A stretch of 64,000 nt of DNA from Mobula hypostoma. Its lineage: Eukaryota. Both the position numbers and the translations under genes were made by a program. The stretch spans positions 104,968,001 to 105,032,000 of the forward strand of contig NC_086107.1 of the NCBI RefSeq assembly GCF_963921235.1, in the 5' to 3' direction. This document shows, one piece after another, positions 25,136 to 36,984 of this stretch. The notes under the pieces were generated by a model. It ran no database searches. It saw only the letters and a list, made by a program, of their open reading frames with translations, and was not told where the DNA came from. Positions within the stretch are counted from its first letter, which is position 1, and every line of letters starts with the position of its first letter.

Positions 25136-28100
25136 TATGTGCCTAAGAGTTTTGCACAGTACCGCAGGTCACCTTTCTGCCTGGGTTGTCTGCACACACT
25201 GTCTGTAAACCATCCTTGCCTGGACATGATCTTCTCCCTTGTTTTGCTGCAGTGCCCACAATGTCACCTTGAACCATTAAGCAATGATTCACCATGAATT
25301 GTACTGATTATTGTAATGCAAATCATTGCTGACATATTAAGTATGCAAGATTGCAATTGCACAGATGATTGGTTAATCTGCTTTAGGTGTGATGATATTA
25401 AGAGTAGTGGTCAGGACACACTAAGAACTTCCTATTCTTCCAACTATGCTATGGGTCACCTTGTGTTTGACAGTACGGTCTTGGTTTAACTCCTTGTGAA
25501 TAACGTCATCTCAGACAAAGCAATACTCTATAAGTGGGTCTTGTAGATGAGCTCTTTCCCAAAAAGGTGCTATTGAAAAGTGACTGCCTTTCTAAACCTC
25601 AAGAAAATAGGTAATAGGAGCAGAATTAGGCCACTCGGCCCAGAGTCTGCTCCACCATTTCCCTCTCAACCCCAATCTCCCCGTAACCTTTCACATCCCG
25701 ATTAATCAAGAACTTATCAATCTCCTCCTTAAATACACCTAATGATCTGGCCTCTACAGCCACCTGTGGCAATGAACTCCATAAATTCTCCACCCTCTGG
25801 CTAAAGAAATTCCTCCTCATCTTGTTCAAATGGTCTTCCTTCTATTCCGAGGTTGTCCTTCTGGTCCTAGACTCCCCCACCAAATGAAACATCCACTCCA
25901 CAAACAGGTCCTCCCTCACTCTTCTAAATTCCAGCAAGTCAAGGCCCAAAGCCATCAATCGCACCTCATACAATAAGCCTTTCATTCCCAGAATCAATCA
26001 CTGAACCCACTCCAGTGTCAGCACATCCTTTCTTAAATAAGGGGCCCACAACTGCTCACAATCCTCCAAACGAGTCCTCACCAGTGCCCTATAAAGCCTC
26101 ACATTACATCCTTGCTTTTATGTTCTAACCCTCTCGAAATGAATGCCAACATTGCATTTGCCTTCCTCACCACCGACTCAGCCCGCAAATTAATCCTGTG
26201 TGAAGACTCACCAAGTCCCTTTGCACCTCGGATTAAAATTTTTCTCCCCGTTTAGAAAGTGATCTGTGTTTTTATTCCTTCTACCAAAAGCGCATGACCA
26301 CACACTTCCTGACATTGTATTCCATCTGCCACTTCTTTGCCCTTTCTCCAAGACGTGATTCTGCGTGCAATGCTTACCTGGGTGAGACTGGAGATGGTCT
26401 CACTGGGGCTCAGTGGAAGTGACCCACCAGTCCCAGGGACTTCCAGAGGTCCATCCCTGCACAACCAACGTTGTGGGCCCTCTGGGATTGGTTCCCTTCT
26501 TGATGTTGCTTCACAGCCTCTGGTGTCCCATCACGGATATATCCTCATCCTTTCCTGTCTCTTTGTCCCACACTACCATTGCCCAAGTTCAGGTCCATGA
26601 GTGCTGATGGTGGCTACTCCAGCAGCCCACCATTTTCTCTTCCTCCCCTACCTCTCCATTGTCAAGACCCAGTATTTCTGAGGAGGTTTTGTGGAAGTTG
26701 CAGCAAGGCAAGGAATAACAACGTCCAGGCAGGGATAGATAGCAGGAGTCAGCCCAGGCAATAAAGGTCCTTGAAGAGCAAAGCTTCCTTCCGTTCAGCA
26801 GGGGACTGGAGCTATTTGGCTTCCTGAGATGAGATAAGGACACAATGGAAAGATGGAAGGGGCAGACACACCAGCTGAGGGATAATGACTAACTTCGGAA
26901 TCTCATCGGCTGTTAGCTTGTAGTTTCTATTGACTTCTAGCAGCCGTATTGTGAAGAGTGATTGATCTTGCCAGTAAGGGAGTCGAACACACGCCGTTAG
27001 TTAATTTTGAATAAGAATGGAATTTCAGACTTCAGAATAGTATGGTTACGCGGGGGTAGGGGCACGAGCTGCTGTCCTTGTGCACAAGTAAATAAAACGT
27101 GATTGTGTAACGAGTGTGAGTCCAGTTCATTGGGAATGATGGTCTCCTCTAAACAATTACCAGAAAGAGAGAAACTATTGTCTTTGCTTCTTCGGCCATT
27201 GAATGCTTCTCCCTGTTTACCACAACCTGAGAGGGAACCAGAATGTTTGTGCCGTGTGTAGCATTTTATTAAACCCTCATCACAAATCCCCTCCGAGATT
27301 GCTTTTCTCATCCCTGTGGCATCGTCTACCTCAGCCCCTTACCGGTCAAATCCTCATCGGAGCCTATTTTATCTCTGCCCTGCGTCATCTCAACAGGCTC
27401 CACAGCTGCCCCCCACTCCCCAACTCTCTGTGCAATGCACGTGAAGTCATTGGAAAATATCCCATCCACATCTGACTTGCAGCGTTCGAGTCCCCAAGGA
27501 CCCTGTGCAGGCAGCCCACACGTAAACAACTCCCCAACTTCTGATAACTCCCCCTTTCACTTTACAACCTCGTCCTGCCCTGCAGCGGTTAGCACCGCGC
27601 TTTACAGCGGCAGCAATCACCGCTCCGGGTTCAATTCCCGCCAGTGTCCGTAAGCATTTTGGTTGTTCACCCTGTGACTGCATGGGTTTCCTCTGGGTGC
27701 TGGTGGAGGACCCTCTCCACGCTGGTGAGGCCTACTGTGAGCACCTTTGGGCCCCTTAGTCTTAAAAAGGATGTGCTGAAACTGGAGAGGGTTCAACGGA
27801 GGTTCACGAAATGATTCCAGGACTGAATGGCTTGTCATATGAAGAGCATTTGATGGCTCTGGGCCTGTTTACACAGGAGTTCAGAAGTATGAGGGGGGAC
27901 CTCATTGAAACCTATTCAATGGTGAGAGGCTTTGATAGAGTGGATGTGGAGAGGATGTTTCCTACGGTGGGAGAGTCTAGGCCTAGAGGACACAGTCTCA
28001 GAATAGAACAGAGGGGTGTCCTTTTAGGACGGAGATGAGGAGGAAATTCTTTAGCCAGAGAGTGGTGAATCTGTGGAATTCGTTGCCACAGGCGGCTGTG

Positions 28101-28147
28101 GAGGTTGTGTTGTAAATAAGGCTGTAAGACATAGAACATATTTCATA

Positions 28148-28671
28148 CACTCAGCGGCCACTTTATTAGGTGCCTCCTGTGGTCTTCTGCTGCTGTAGCC
28201 CATCCACTGCAAGGCTCAACGCGTTGCACGTTCTTCTGCACACCACTGCTGTAACGCCTGGTCATTTAAATTACTGTCACCTTGGACTAGTCTGGACATT
28301 CGCCTCTGACCTCTCTCATCAACGAGGGATTTCTGCCCACAGAACTGCTGCTCACCGGATGCTTTTTTGTTCTTTGCACCATTCTCTGTAAACTCTGGAG
28401 ACCATTGTGTGTGAAAATCTGCAGATTTCAGCAGCAGGACTGCAGTTTCTGAGATACTCAAACCACCCCCCGTGGCACCAACAATCATTCCCTGGTCAAA
28501 GTCACTTGGATCACATTTCTTCCTCATTCTCATGTTTGGCCTGAACAACAACTGAACCTCTTGACCATGTCTGCATGCTTTTATGCATTGAGTTGCTGCC
28601 ACTTGATTGGCTGATTAGATATTTGCATCAATGAGATGTACAGGTGTACCTAATAAAGTGGCCACTGAGTG
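28148..28671 (-). mobile_element. Tc1-derived non-autonomous element
   Basis: TIRs CACTCAGCGGCCACTTTATTAGG / CCTAATAAAGTGGCCACTGAGTG with TA flanks; remnant KKCDPSDFDQGMIVGA..GLSISETA. Confidence 0.88.
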
Positions 28672-30483
28672 TAGATCACTACAGCACATGACCCATGATG
28701 TTCTGCCGACCTTTTAATCTACGCTAAGATCAATCTAACCCTTCCCTCCCACATAGCTATCCATTTTTCTATCATCCATGTCCCTAACTAAGAATTTCTT
28801 ATATGCCCCTCTACCACCAACCCCAGCAGTTCCAAGCGCTCACCACTCTGTAAAAAAAAAACCTACCTTTGATATTCCCCCTATACTTTCCTCCAATCAC
28901 CTCAAAATTATATCCTTTTGTATTAGCCAATTCTGCCCAGAGAAAGAGTCTCTTGCTTTCGATCTATGCCTCTTATCATCTTGTACATCTCTATCAAATC
29001 GCCTCCTGAGACAAGCTGTAGCTCACTCAACCTATCCTGATAAGGCATGCTCCCTAAACCAGGCAGCTTCCTGGTAAATCTCTTCTGTACTCTCTCTACT
29101 ATCTGACAATGAGGCAACCAGAACCGAACACAATACTCTAAGTGTGGTCTAACCAGAGTTTTATAGAGCTGCAACTTTACGTTCAGACTCTCGAACCTGA
29201 TTCCCCCAACTAATGAAGGCCATCGCACCTCCGGTATCTTGGTGGTGTGAATGTCACTCACAAGTTGTTTGTTATGTCATCCCTCTCGCTGTGAAACAGA
29301 AACACCCCTTTCTCCCTTAATAGGGAGAGAGCCTGTGGTATGTCGAATACCAGGTGAAACATGAAGACTTTGGAGTACTGCAAGTCTGTGTCTTTGCTGT
29401 TGCTTTGCTCACGCTTGAGTGCTTGGTGGTAGATGCTGATGCTTTTTTTTTTGCCGGGAGGGGGATTGTTGCTTGTTGCCGCTTATGTGTGGGAGGGAGG
29501 GGAGATGAGGGGGGGCACTTTGGGGTTCTAACATTTAACTGTCATTCATTCTTTGGGGCACGCCTCTGTTTTTGTGGATGTTTGCAAAGAAAAAGCATTT
29601 CAAGGTGTATATTGTATACATTTCTCTGACATTAAATGTACCTTTGAAACCTTTGAAGCTATCAACCCATGTCTGGTTGTCATCCAGAACTTGCTGTATG
29701 GGGACATGTGCTGTTTCATTCACTGAACGGAACTGAATCTTGTACAGTCATCAGCAAACATCTCAAGTCCTGACTTTGAGATGAAGCAGCTGAAGATGGG
29801 TGGAGGACTGACTAGCCTTGAGAACCTCCTGTACGGATGTCACCCCCGGAGAAGGGAGGGTACTTGGCTGGTAGCCATCTGCTAACATTCATCCCCACCA
29901 CTACCACCAATGTACCTTGGCTGCAGTGTTCTCCACCCGCAAAACACACAGCAATTGTTTGCCCAGTTTCTACCAGCATGATAAAAAAAGTTCACCCCCA
30001 ATTCACACATGATCGTGAGCTGGTGATCCTGCACTGCACCCAGCAGCACTATGGAGGAATCATCAGAGGGACTACAGTGGAGGGGAGGGGGCAGCTCACC
30101 ACAATCTGGAGGGGCCACACATGCTGAGCTCACCTTGGTGGCCCTGTCTACAACGGTTTGCGTCTGACGCTTGGAATTCCCTCCCTAACCCTTTCCAAAT
30201 CTCCCCCCTCCTTGAAGATGCCCTGAAACGTCCCACTTTGGCTTGGTATTGGATTTTGTTGGCTGACTCTCCACTGAAGGGCAGGATATTACGCTTTGCA
30301 GTAACATGGAAGTTTCCTTGTCGATGATACCATTTAAATGAAGTTTGTTGTTACTTAAGATGCAGATCATTGTGTCAGGATTATAACAATAGTTTTCAAA
30401 TTCCCGCATGGGGTTGTGTTCTGGAATGGCACATTTCACAGTGCCAGGTTGCACTTGCAGTCCTGTGCTGAACGCTCAACTCT

Positions 30484-30781
30484 TCACTGACCCTTGACCC
30501 TCGAACTCCTCCTGTTGCTGCCAACGGGTTGCCTCCCTCCCGCCGGTCTCCTGCGGGCAACGGGCCGGGCCGAGGTCTGCGCTGAGGTGCGGTGGGAATT
30601 CTGGTGCTTCCCTGGCGCCACCTTCATCAACACGTGCTTGACCTTCACCGGTTTCCCGTATCCCACCTGGGCGACAGCCCTCTCCAAGCCCGACAGGGTC
30701 TCGGTCAGGACGCCAAGTCGCCTCTTCAGCAAGCGAGCTTCTCGGAACAGGTCTTCGAGAGCTTCGGAGAATGGCTGAATT
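30484..30781 (-). CDS. Uncharacterised secreted protein, coding exon 3 (terminal)
   Basis: Acceptor cctcctttcag|; encodes (R)IQPFSEALEDLFREARLLKRRLGVLTETLSGLERAVAQVGYGKPVKVKH...RRSSRVKGQ*. The three exons join in frame to 537 nt (178 aa plus stop). Confidence 0.82.
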
Positions 30782-31777
30782 CTGAAAGGAGGTGGCAGGA
30801 GACAGGATTAGTGAATGGGAAATGGGAAGTACGGTGCCCGGCCCAGTGGTTAGTTAACACTGTTACTGCACCAGCGATCTGGGTTCAGTTCTAACCACTG
30901 CCTGTAAGGAGTTTGTACATTCTTGGCGTGACCGCACCGGTTTCCTCTGGGTGATCCAGTTTCCGCCTACCTTCCAAAGGCGTACGAGTTAGTAAGGGTT
31001 ACTACATCGTGGGCATGGAAACACTTGCGGGCTGCCTCCAGCGCATCCTTGGACTGTGTTAACCGTTCATGCAACTGGCCCATTTCACTGTATGCTCACA
31101 GGTGCATGTAACAAATTACAATTGATCTTATCTCTTGAGATTGGAAGCAATGACCAGATAGAGCGAGGAGGCTGGTTTATTATCCCAGAACAGTTTCCCA
31201 GATACATGTTATCCTCAGAATAAAGGGGTCCCCCTTTAAAACTCAATGTCTTCAACCGGAGGTTGGTGAAATTGTTCCCACAGAGGGTTGAGTGGCCCAA
31301 GTCATTGGGTGTATTTAAGGCAGAGGTTGAAAGGCTCTGGAGTAGTCAGGGGGTAAGGGTTATGGGGAGAAGGTGGGAGAATGGGCTTTCCGTGGAATTT
31401 GTTGACACAGGCAGCTGTGGAGGCCAAGTCATTGGGTATATTTAAAGCAGAAGTTGATGGATTCTTGATTAGTAAGGACATCAAAGTTTAATTATTTATT
31501 GAGATACAGCCCAGTGTAGGCTCTTCTGGCCCTTCAAGTTGCACTGCCCAGAAACCCCCAATATAACCCTGGCCTAATCATGGGGCAATCTACAATGACC
31601 AATTAACCTACCGACCAGTAGGTCTTTGGACTGTGGGAGGAAACCAGAGCACCCGGAGGAAACCCATGCGGTCGCAGGGAGAAGAAACAAACTCCTCACA
31701 GACAGTGGTGGGAATTGAACCCGGGTCACTGGTACTGTGCAGTGTATTTCTAACCACAGTTATACTACTGTGCCGCC

Positions 31778-32813
31778 ATTATTGATTACCTGATTGGCAG
31801 ACCACAGAACGTGTGCTTGCAACACTGTGTGTCTGACAGAATGATCAGCAGCACTGGGGCTCCACAGGGGACTGTCTTGTCTCCCTTTCTCTTCACCATT
31901 TACACCTCGGACTTCAACTACTGCACAGATTCTTGTCCTCTTCAAAAGTTTTCTGATGACTCTGCCATAGTTGGATGCATCAGCAAGGGAGATGAGGCTG
32001 AGTACAGGGCTACGGTAGGAAACTTTGTCACATGGTATGAGCAGAATTATCTGCAGTTTAATGTGAAAAAGACTAAGGAGCTGGTGGTAGACGTGAGGAG
32101 AGCTAAGGCACCGGTGACCCCTGTTTCCATCCAGGGGGTCAGTATGGACATGGTGGAGGATTACAAATACCTGGGGATACGAACTGACAATAAACTGGAC
32201 TGGTCAAAGAACACTGAGGCTGTCTACAAGAAGGGTCAGAGCCGTCTCTATTTCCTGAGGAGACTGAGGTCCTTTAACATCTGCCGGACGATGCTGAGGA
32301 TGTTCTACGAGTCTGTGGTGGCCAGTGCTATCATGTTTGCTGTTGTGTGCTGGGGCAGCAGGCTGAGGGTAGCAGACACCAACAGAATCAACAAACTCAT
32401 TTGTAAGGCCAGTGATGTTGTGGGGATGGAACTGGACTCTCTGACGGTGGTGTCTGAAAAGAGGATGCTGTCCAAGTTGCATGCCATCTTGGACAATGTC
32501 TCCCATCCACTACATAATGTACTGAGTGGGCACAGGAGTACATTCAGCCAGAGACTCATTCCACCGAGATGCAACACAGAGCGTCATAGGAAGTCATTCC
32601 TGCCTGTGGCCATCAAACTTTACAACTCCTCCCTTGGAGGGTCAGACACCCTGAGCCAATAGGCTGGTCCTGGACTTATTTCCTGGCATAATTTACATAT
32701 TACTATTTAAATATTTATGGTTTTATGTGGCTATATTTATACTCTATTCTTGGTTGGGGCAACTGTAATGAAAATCAATTTCCCTCAGGATCAATAAAGT
32801 GTGACTATGACTA
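31778..32813 (+). mobile_element. Rex1/Babar-like LINE, 5'-truncated, open RT C-terminal ORF (31811-32662)
   Basis: Nearly identical to 20740-21768; FSDDS motif; GACTATGACTA tail. Confidence 0.93.
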
Positions 32814-32949
32814 GAATGGGGTTAAGATGGGTGATAAATCAGCCATGATGGAATGGCGGAGCAGACTCGATGGGCTGGATGTCCTTATTCAACTCATTTC
32901 TTATGGTGATGAGGGATTCTGCCCCTAGCACCCTCTCAGACAGAGTTTA

Positions 32950-33527
32950 ACCCCCAGAGAAATCAGGATCTCCCAGTGGCCACACATTTTAATTCCACAT
33001 CCCATTCCCATTCTGATATGTCTATCCACGGCCTCCTCTACTGTAAAGATGAAGCCACACTCAGGTTGGAGGAACAATACCTTATATTCCGTCTGGGTAG
33101 CCCCCAACCTGGTGGCATGAACAGGTTCTGCTAATGACCCACCTCCCCCTCGTACCCCATCCCTTATTTATTTATATACGCATTCTTTTTCTCTCTCTGC
33201 TTTTTCTCCCTCTGTCCCTCTCACTATACCCCTTGACCCCTTGCCCATCCTCTGGGCTTCCCCACTTTTCCTTCTCCCCGGGCCTCCTGTCCCATGATCC
33301 TCTCATATCCCTTTTGCCAATCACCTGTCCAGCTCTTGGCTCCATCCCTCCCCCTCCTGTCTTCTCCTATCATTTTGGATCTCCCCCTCCCCCTCCCACT
33401 TTCAGATCTCTTACTAGCTCTTCCTTCAGTTAGTCCTGACGAAGGGTCTCGGCCCGAAACGTCGACTGTACCTCTTCCTAGAGATGCTGCCTGGTCTGCT
33501 GCGTTCACCAGCAACTTTGATGTGTGC
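32950..33527 (+). mobile_element. Penelope-like element 3' end (GIY-YIG C-terminus plus terminal repeat)
   Basis: LPVATHFNSTSHSHSDMSIHGLLYCKDEATLRLEEQYLIFRLGSPQPGGMN, then a CT-rich linker and the repeat carrying the hammerhead motif. Confidence 0.85.
33431..33468 (+). ncRNA. Minimal type-I hammerhead ribozyme motif (best copy)
   Basis: agtc-CTGACGA-A-GGG(tctcgg)CCC-GAAA-C-GTC-gact: stem I AGUC/GACU, palindromic ACGU helix III, GUC cleavage triplet. Confidence 0.72.
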
Positions 33528-33906
33528 CCCTTCTCTAATCTTCAAGATGCTCTACATCTACACCACAGGGTGTCTGACCCCTTCACAAGAGAAACAGACC
33601 CTCACAGTAATTCCCAGGCCCCTTAATTCAATCTCCATTCAGTCTCCTATGTTCCAAAGAAAATAACCTCAGCCTGTCCAATCTTTCTTCGTAGCTCATA
33701 TTTTCCAGTTCTGGCTACATCCTTGTAAGTCTCCTGGGCTCTGGGAGATCTGCCCTTGAACCTGTGCCAGTTTATATCTGCTCCAAGCATGCAGTCCACA
33801 TCTGTAGAAGTGGAGGCGGGGGGGATTGGCTTCAAGTGAAAGGTACACTGATTGGTAGTTGCTGTTTGTTAAGATAGTTTCAGTGATGTGAACTGCGCGT
33901 TAATAT

Positions 33907-34080
33907 TAAAAAACGCAAACAACAGGAATTCTGCAGTTGCTGGAAATTCAAGCAACACACATCAAAGTTGTTGGTGAACGCAGCAGGCCTGACGAAGGGT
34001 CTCGGCCTGAAACGTCGACTGTACCTCTTCCTAGAGATGCTGCCTGGCCTGCTGCGTTCACCAGCAACTTTGATGTGTGT
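33907..34080. mobile_element. Fold-back Penelope-derived mini-element with hammerhead core (33989-34016)
   Basis: Inverted arms; flanked by TGCGCGTTAATAT (33894-33906) and TGCGTGTTAATAT (34081-34093). Confidence 0.8.
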
Positions 34081-35086
34081 TGCGTGTTAATATGTTGACG
34101 TGCCGAAAGCACAAAGAAAAGAGCACAAGTTTTAGTTGGTTAAAACTTTTTTGCTCATCCCCGACAGTTACTGAGTAGATGCAAATGTCAGAAACGCCTA
34201 CAAATGTTTGGTGTCCACAGGTGGTAAGGCGCAAGGTGAGGATGGTGTCAGTGGCAGGCCGAGTGGGGTTCGTGGATAGGCACCTCATTTGCTGTTGAAG
34301 ATGCTGTGCGAGTATTTTGGCCATCCATGTCTTGAGATTTATTTGTTTATATCACAACAGTCACAGGCTGGGCCATGTTCTATAGTTGAGATCAGAAGGT
34401 GCAGGGCTATAGAAGGCTTCCTTTGCAGCACAAATCATCCCGACTCCCAAATCTGTCACTGTGTCCTGGGTCTCCCCACTCAACCAGATCAACGGGAGTT
34501 AGGTTCACCCCATCTCCTCAAGGCAGTCCAACGGGGAATAGGTACTGGCCTTGTCATTAATGCCCACATCCCCCAACAAGTGAATAAAACACCGACTCCC
34601 TCTTTTCTTCTCACTCTCATCTCTCTCCCTCTGAATTGATTTCCCCTTTTGCTCTCTCCTTTTCTTAGCTCACAACTTTCTGTACCTATCCATCTCTCCA
34701 ACCTCTCTCCCCACTCTCTCCCATGTTTGCTCCGTCCATTTCCCCCTTGCACTCTCTTTCATCCTAACTCCTAAAGTTCCGTATCAATCTCCAACATTTC
34801 TTCCCTCTCGCGTCCCTGCTCTGTCTACCTGTCTCCCCTCTCTCTCCTCACTGTCTAATTTGCCTTTGTCTCCACACCATTACTTTCCCAATTTCTCTTG
34901 TGCCTGACTCTCTCCCCTCTCCTCCTCTCTCAATTTTTCTCTGACTTTCCCTCTATCCCCACTCTTTCCTCCGCCTTTATTTTACACTCTCCCCTCTCTC
35001 CCTTTAACCGCAATCTTGTCAGCTCCCCCAACCCCTCTCCCCACCCCCCCATCTCCCTGTCGCTCTCCCACTCTCCTCCTCCCTAC

Positions 35087-35216
35087 CTGGCGTAGTCCGG
35101 CAGCACCTCCTGTGGTTTGCTCAGCACCGTCTCCTTCACTTGCTTGAAGATGTGATTTCCCCAATGGTTCAGCAGGCGGGTTATGCTGTGGACCCCGTTA
35201 ATGTTCACCATGTCGG
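35087..35216 (-). CDS. Uncharacterised secreted protein, coding exon 2
   Basis: Acceptor gttacacccag|; encodes (A)DMVNINGVHSITRLLNHWGNHIFKQVKETVLSKPQEVLPDYA; donor AG|GTAGGG, phase 2. GC-rich third codon positions. Confidence 0.82.
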
Positions 35217-35594
35217 CTGGGTGTAACAGCACGTTATACAGTAAATGTAATGAGCTACAGCTTGGCAAAATTTCATCTGCACATTCTCCATGCCACATTA
35301 CACAACCCAAAATTCACCACACCCCATTACACCAACTCCCAAAACCCCATTAAACAACCAGTAATCTCCACATATATGACCATTTTGATCACTTTGTATT
35401 AAAATAGTCTGTTTTTTTTGTTTTTAATTTTAAAAGCGTGTATAATTTACTGTATGTTCCATTTGTATTTTATTTGTGGATGTTGCTTATCTGATGCTAT
35501 TTGCCTGTGACGTTACTTTGAGTTCATTGCACCTCTGCGGACATGTATTTGAGCAAATGGTATTATACTCAACTTTGATTTTGGCTTTAAGATT

Positions 35595-35915
35595 GACATC
35601 TCATTACACAACCCTACGTCCCCCCACCTCGTTACTCAACCCAACCTTCTCCACAGCTCATTACACAACCCTGCGTCCCCACACCTTGTTACACAGCCCA
35701 ACATTCTCCACACCTCATTACACAACCAGTCCCCACACCTCATTACACAACCAGTCTCCACATCTCATCACACAACCACCTTCCACATTTCATTACATAA
35801 CCAGTCTCCACATCTCATTACACTACCCAACATTCTCTATATCTCATGACACAACGTAACATTCTCCACACCACAGTACACTTCTCAACATATTCCACAT
35901 GTCACTATACATTCC
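35595..35915. repeat. Degenerate minisatellite (CTCATTACACAACC-based units)
   Basis: About ten imperfect copies, within an intron of the minus-strand gene. Confidence 0.75.
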
Positions 35916-36126
35916 AATGATCTTAGCTCCTCACTGTATAATCCAACATTTTGCAGATTAATTGATGCCAACAAACATTGCCCACATTCTATTATACAAC
36001 CAGTTCATGCACTTAGATGTCCTCCATACCCCATTATACATCCTGATGGTATCTGCACTTAGGGAGAGAGGGAGAGAGGGAGAGAGATAGATATGGGACC
36101 ACAGACTCACTGTCCAGACCTCCTAC

Positions 36127-36235
36127 CTCCTTCTCGGTAGTTCCATTTCCGGTGCTCGCTAGCCTGCTGCCCCTGGCTCTGAGCCAATGCAAAGAGCAGA
36201 ACGAGGAATACAAGCTGCATCGTCATCCTGGACAT
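36127..36235 (-). CDS. Uncharacterised secreted protein, coding exon 1 (signal peptide)
   Basis: Minus-strand acceptor ttctgcacttccag| (exon starts 36243) and ATG at 36235. Encodes MSRMTMQLVFLVLLFALAQSQGQQASEHRKWNYREG; donor GAG|GTAGGA, phase 1. Confidence 0.8.
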
Positions 36236-36984
36236 AGATCACCCTGGAAGTGCAGAAACAAGTGGGTGTTACGCCTGGTTCCACCGGTGAGAAGGAATAT
36301 TGTGACTTGACTTCAGTCTCATGGGGGAGGGGTTGAGTACACACCTTGGTGACATAATGAAGCCCAGCCATTCGGCCCATTGGGATCATGCTGGCCCTCA
36401 GAGGACCAATCCCATCAATCTTCAGAACGATTGTGAGTGTGCTCCGCTGTCTGTGGGGAAGGGGCCGGTGTGTCCCAATAAGAGTGAACTGGGGATCTGA
36501 GGGGGGCGGGGGTAAGTTTCAGGGGAAAGCCAATCCATGGGAAGAGTTCAGGATCAGTCCCACGGGACGGGAGTACGGGAAGTGGTGAGGGCCTGGCCCC
36601 TGGAGCAGGGATAACCTGCACCTTGGGAACAGTGTTCACTCTGGGAGGGGTAAAGAGACTTTCCTCGGGGAAAGCATCTGCCCTAGGAGTAGGGTGGACA
36701 GTGACAAAACCAGGCCAGTCTCGGGAGCACTATCAGCCACAGAGTGAACGATGAACGACTCCCCCGGGGTGACCATACCACCCTCAGATGCCAACTCTGA
36801 CAGGCCCCTTCACCCCAGCGAGTTCTGTTGCCCTCCCTAGGGGTGGGTTTGTGGCAGGAAAAGATACACCGCCAACCTGCGTGGAACACAAGACATTCGT
36901 ACGACAGAAAGCCTGCTGGAACACGGGGGGTTTCTGCGACTTCCCCCTTCACCTTCTCCTACAACATAGAACAGAGAACAGTAC

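Noticed and set aside
26378..26823. Minus-strand segment with good-looking acceptor and donor
   Set aside because: All three frames contain stops, so it is not a coding exon; a non-coding exon cannot be excluded.
30650..30670. Amidation signal Y-G-K in the secreted protein
   Set aside because: A single Lys followed by Pro is a poor convertase site.
35476..35859. 127-aa His/Thr-rich ORF
   Set aside because: Translation of a degenerate intronic minisatellite.
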